Source: Candidatus Nomurabacteria bacterium
Lineage (GTDB): Bacteria; Patescibacteriota; Minisyncoccia; Phycocordibacterales; UBA2100
Direction of reading: 5' to 3'
Assembly (NCBI GenBank): GCA_943359705.1
Contig: CALRIB010000002.1
Coordinates: 1 to 33,090, forward strand
Length of the DNA: 33,090 nt
The notes under the pieces are model-generated. The model made no database searches and was not told where the DNA came from. It saw only the letters and a program-made list of their open reading frames with translations. Positions within the stretch are counted from its first letter, which is position 1, and each line of letters starts with the position of its first letter. Shown in pieces: positions 30,238 to 33,090 of this stretch. The position numbers and the translations under genes are program-made.

Positions 30238-31932
30238 ATGACGACGCAGTTCAACGACAAGAAACAGGACGAGCGGCTGCACGAGCTGCATGTCAAAGAG
30301 GAGGAACAGCTGGCGGAAATGCTCGCGCAGAAGTACGGCGTCGAGTACGTCGACCTCACTTCCAAATCAATCGACACCGACGCACTGCGCCTCATCTCGC
30401 AGGCCGAGTCGGAGGCGAGTGAAGTGGCGGCCTTTCGAAAGATAAACAAAAAAATATTCGTCGGCATGCGGTCGCCCGAACGCGACGATTCCCTCAAGTC
30501 GATACAAACGCTTGAACACCTCGGCTACCAGGTGCAGCGCTTCATCGTCTCGCACGCTTCCCTCGTGCATGCGTGGGATAGATATCACGACCTCTCGTAC
30601 GCGACCGAGACAGAAGCCGGCGTGCTCACACTTTCCAACGAAGTTATCCAGCAGATGTTGCAGAAATTGAAGGCGCTCGAAGACGTGCGCACCGAGATCG
30701 GGGGCTTCTCTACGAGCAAAGACACGCACCGCATCTCGCGCATCTTGGAAGTCATCATGGCCGGCGCGCTTAGCTTAGGTGCCTCCGACGTGCACATGGA
30801 ACCGGAAGAAGAGGGTGTGCGCATGCGGTATCGTCTCGACGGTGTGCTCATCGAAGTCTTGATATTCGACGCCGTCACCTACGGCCTCATTTCCTCGCGT
30901 ATCAAATTGCTCTCCGGCCTCAAGCTCAACATAAAAAACGCCGCGCAAGACGGACGCTTTTCGATTCAAGTGAGCGAGAAAGAAATTGAAATACGTACTT
31001 CTATTCTTCCCGGCGCGTACGCGGAAACTATCGTGATGCGTATTTTGGACCCGACCACCATCGCACTTCCCATGGAGCGCCTAGGTTTTGATAAATATCT
31101 GATGGATATTTTCAATATCGAAATCGCAAAGCCAAACGGCATGATACTGAACACCGGCCCCACCGGCTCGGGTAAAACGACGACGCTGTACGCCTTCCTA
31201 AGGCAGGTCGCCAACCCCGGTATCAAAGTGGTCACTATCGAAGACCCTATCGAATATCACCTGCCCGGCATCGTGCAAACGCAAGTTTCCAAAGACTACA
31301 CTTTTGCCGAAGGCCTCCGCTCCACTCTCCGCCAAGACCCCGACGTCATCATGGTGGGTGAAATTCGCGACGCCGAAGTGGCTTCCACTGCCATCAACGC
31401 GTCACTAACTGGGCACTTGGTATTTTCTACGCTTCACACCAACGACGCCGGCGGCACCTTCCCCCGCCTCATCGACATGGGTGTGAACGCTGACATCTTG
31501 GGCGCCGCGGTCACAACGGCGATGGCACAACGCCTCGTACGACGCCTCTGCCCGCACTGCCGCGAGGAAAAAATAATGGATGATGCAGAAAAAGCGCTGA
31601 TGGCACCGCTGCTCGCCAGCATCCCCCATCCCGAGGAAGTCCCCCCAAACAGAGACAAGATGTGGATAGCAAAAGGTTGCGCAAAATGCGGCGGCATCGG
31701 GTACAAAGGCCGCATCGCGGTCGTGGAAGTTATTCTCATGGACAAAGAAGTGGAAGAGTGTGTGCGCCATACCTCATCCGAGCGCGACATTTGGCACGCC
31801 GCCAAGCACCAAAAAATCCGCCGCATGTCGCAGGACGGCGCCGTGAAAGTGTTGCAAGGCGTTACCACCCTCGACGAACTCGGCCGTGTCGTCGACCTCC
31901 ACGACGAAGTGATGTTGGAAACTATTTCGTAG
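30238..31932 (+). CDS. pilB: Type IV pilus assembly ATPase PilB (GspE family)
   Basis: Walker A GPTGSGKTTTLYA, Asp box/Walker B DPDVIMVGEIRD, His box GHLVFSTLHTNDA, tetra-Cys CPHC...CAKCGGIGYKGR. TACAAT 7 nt upstream of the ATG. Confidence 0.9.
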   Translation: MTTQFNDKKQDERLHELHVKEEEQLAEMLAQKYGVEYVDLTSKSIDTDALRLISQAESEASEVAAFRKINKKIFVGMRSPERDDSLKSIQTLEHLGYQVQRFIVSHASLVHAWDRYHDLSYATETEAGVLTLSNEVIQQMLQKLKALEDVRTEIGGFSTSKDTHRISRILEVIMAGALSLGASDVHMEPEEEGVRMRYRLDGVLIEVLIFDAVTYGLISSRIKLLSGLKLNIKNAAQDGRFSIQVSEKEIEIRTSILPGAYAETIVMRILDPTTIALPMERLGFDKYLMDIFNIEIAKPNGMILNTGPTGSGKTTTLYAFLRQVANPGIKVVTIEDPIEYHLPGIVQTQVSKDYTFAEGLRSTLRQDPDVIMVGEIRDAEVASTAINASLTGHLVFSTLHTNDAGGTFPRLIDMGVNADILGAAVTTAMAQRLVRRLCPHCREEKIMDDAEKALMAPLLASIPHPEEVPPNRDKMWIAKGCAKCGGIGYKGRIAVVEVILMDKEVEECVRHTSSERDIWHAAKHQKIRRMSQDGAVKVLQGVTTLDELGRVVDLHDEVMLETIS

Positions 31933-31942
31933 CTCGCGTTAG

Positions 31943-32183
31943 ACCACAAAACCCCGTTGCGGGTATGCAACGGGGTGATATGTTTGAAATAGGAAAACGG
32001 AGGCAGGATTATCCGAGCGATACTTTCGATGAGGAAAGCTGCAACGTGGATCTAAGGATAGAGGTAGCCGAAACCACCTCGTCCTCGAAAAAGTCACTAT
32101 CGCTCGGAAAATCACGCCTCCGTCTTTGCCCTGCATAGCTTTGCGCGACACGGGGTTGATGTAAAAACTGAGATTCTTAGCCA
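31943..32183 (-). ncRNA. Candidate small RNA of about 240 nt, family unknown
   Basis: Consensus promoter (32190-32217) and terminator (31951-31976) on the same strand with no start codon at the TSS. Interior forms a long nested rod: ACGGAGGC/GCCTCCGT (31997-32004 with 32116-32123), CCGAGCGATA/TATCGCTCGG (32013-32022 with 32098-32107), then TTCGA/TCGAA and further inner pairs. Confidence 0.55.
31951..31976. terminator. Intrinsic terminator hairpin shared by pilB (+) and the candidate sRNA (-)
   Basis: ACCCCGTTGC-gggtat-GCAACGGGGT. Flanked by AAAA on the plus side, so the minus-strand transcript ends ...GGGGUUUUGUGG. Confidence 0.65.
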
Positions 32184-32189
32184 GAGGAG

Positions 32190-32217
32190 AGTATAGCACG
32201 TTACGCATTAATGTCAA
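32190..32217 (-). promoter_or_regulatory. Consensus sigma-70 promoter driving the candidate sRNA
   Basis: Minus strand TTGACA (32212-32217), 16 nt, TATACT (32190-32195). Confidence 0.65.
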
Positions 32218-32267
32218 GAGTCCGAGCCTTCGCTCCCCGCTTCGGCGGCGCAGTAAAGCCTCAATAT

Positions 32268-33090
32268 ATGACCGACAAAGAGCAAAAAACCTTCGAAAAG
32301 ACCCCCCGTTCCCTCGACCAGGCGCTCCGCCCTGATACCTGGAAAGAGTACGTAGGCCAGGAAGCCATCAAGGAGAACCTCCGCATCCTCCTCACCGCCG
32401 CCAAGGGGCGCAACCACCAGCCCGAGCACGTCCTTTTGTATGGACCGCCCGGATTGGGCAAGACGACCCTCGCACATCTAATGACGAAGGAGATAGGCGC
32501 CAACATGCGCGCCACTTCGGGCCCCGCCATCGAGCGCGTGGGCGACCTCGCCTCAATACTGACCAACCTCTCCCCCGGCGATGTTCTATTTATAGACGAG
32601 ATACATCGCCTCAATCGCACTATCGAAGAAGTGCTCTACCCCGCGATGGAGTCGGGCGTCTTGGACATCGTCATTGGCAAAGGGCCGAGCGCGCGCACTG
32701 TGCAACTTGAGCTTCCGCCTTTTACACTCATTGCGGCGACCACGAGAATTTCCATGCTCTCCGCGCCGCTGCGCTCTCGCTTTTCCGGCGGCACGTTCCG
32801 TTTGCAGTACTACACCGAGAATGAAATTGCGGAGATTTTGAAGCGCTCAGCAAAAATTCTGGGCATCGAAGTCGATGGCGCGTCGGTGCAAGAAATCGCA
32901 CGCCGCTCGCGTGCGACGCCGCGCACCGCCAACTACCTTTTGAAACGCGGACGCGACTTTGCGGCGGTGAGCGGAGAGAATTTGGATATCAAAACGGTGA
33001 AAAAAGCGCTCGCACTATTGGAGATAGACGAAGCGGGGCTCAACCAGACCGACCGCGACATCCTCGTTATCCTCGTCGAGAAATTCAATG
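32268..33090 (+). CDS. ruvB: Holliday junction DNA helicase RuvB (3' end outside window)
   Basis: My translation from ATG 32268: MTDKEQKTFEKTPRSLDQALRPDTWKEYVGQEAIKENLRILLTAAKGRNHQPEHVLLYGPPGLGKTTLAHL...VLFIDEIHRL...LIAATTR... Frame is open to the window end. Not in the ORF track because it is truncated. Confidence 0.9.
   Translation, partial: MTDKEQKTFEKTPRSLDQALRPDTWKEYVGQEAIKENLRILLTAAKGRNHQPEHVLLYGPPGLGKTTLAHLMTKEIGANMRATSGPAIERVGDLASILTNLSPGDVLFIDEIHRLNRTIEEVLYPAMESGVLDIVIGKGPSARTVQLELPPFTLIAATTRISMLSAPLRSRFSGGTFRLQYYTENEIAEILKRSAKILGIEVDGASVQEIARRSRATPRTANYLLKRGRDFAAVSGENLDIKTVKKALALLEIDEAGLNQTDRDILVILVEKFN

Noticed and set aside
31997-32123. MITE-like DNA palindrome as an explanation for the 127-nt rod
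   Set aside because: This is not fully rejected. There is no second copy in the window and no flanking target-site duplication, and the palindrome sits exactly between a consensus promoter and a terminator. I therefore favour an expressed RNA. Genome-wide copy number would settle the question.
31939-32217. 92-aa minus-strand ORF (or a 66-aa version from ATG 32136) in the pilB-ruvB spacer
   Set aside because: The track start lies inside the -35 box, and the first in-transcript ATG has no SD and no -10 geometry. The ORF reads through the terminator hairpin and through long perfectly nested helices. An RNA-level function is more parsimonious, although a small protein is not strictly excluded.

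Overview
Compact, GC-rich bacterial chromosome segment with mostly minus-strand genes. The gene content looks like a CPR/Patescibacteria (Parcubacteria-like) genome, but that placement is an inference from content only. It carries scattered type IV pilus genes (pilM, pilN, two downstream membrane proteins, a prepilin, a PilB ATPase). It also has DNA repair and replication genes (ruvX, ruvA, ruvB, polA, holA-like), rplS, rpsT, a short MurE-like ligase, an ECF sigma module, a split FAD-synthetase pair and nucleotide-salvage enzymes. Two large Cys-rich secreted paralogs and 7 tRNAs are present. I see no rRNA, CRISPR array, integrase or transposase. Several signals are not explained by ordinary annotation. 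(1) A family of structured elements lies directly behind tRNA-His (two tandem units), tRNA-Val and tRNA-Lys. They share sequence blocks and fully covarying hairpins, and the His and Val copies end in orphan copies of the cognate tRNA 3' end joined at the same T-loop position. (2) A consensus promoter plus intrinsic terminator bracket a rod-like candidate sRNA of about 240 nt between pilB and ruvB. (3) An orphan gene has a near-identical consensus promoter and a structured leader of about 108 nt. (4) Three low-GC homing-endonuclease genes each abut the 5' end of a tRNA, and two of those tRNAs are followed within 3-5 nt by the next start codon. (5) A TAnnnT box sits 6-8 nt upstream of most first-gene start codons, which suggests a leaderless transcript architecture. 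(6) A four-helix-bundle (rRNA-IVS type) gene is bracketed by perfect 16-bp inverted repeats in a non-rRNA context. All protein calls come from reading the translations; no database search was run.
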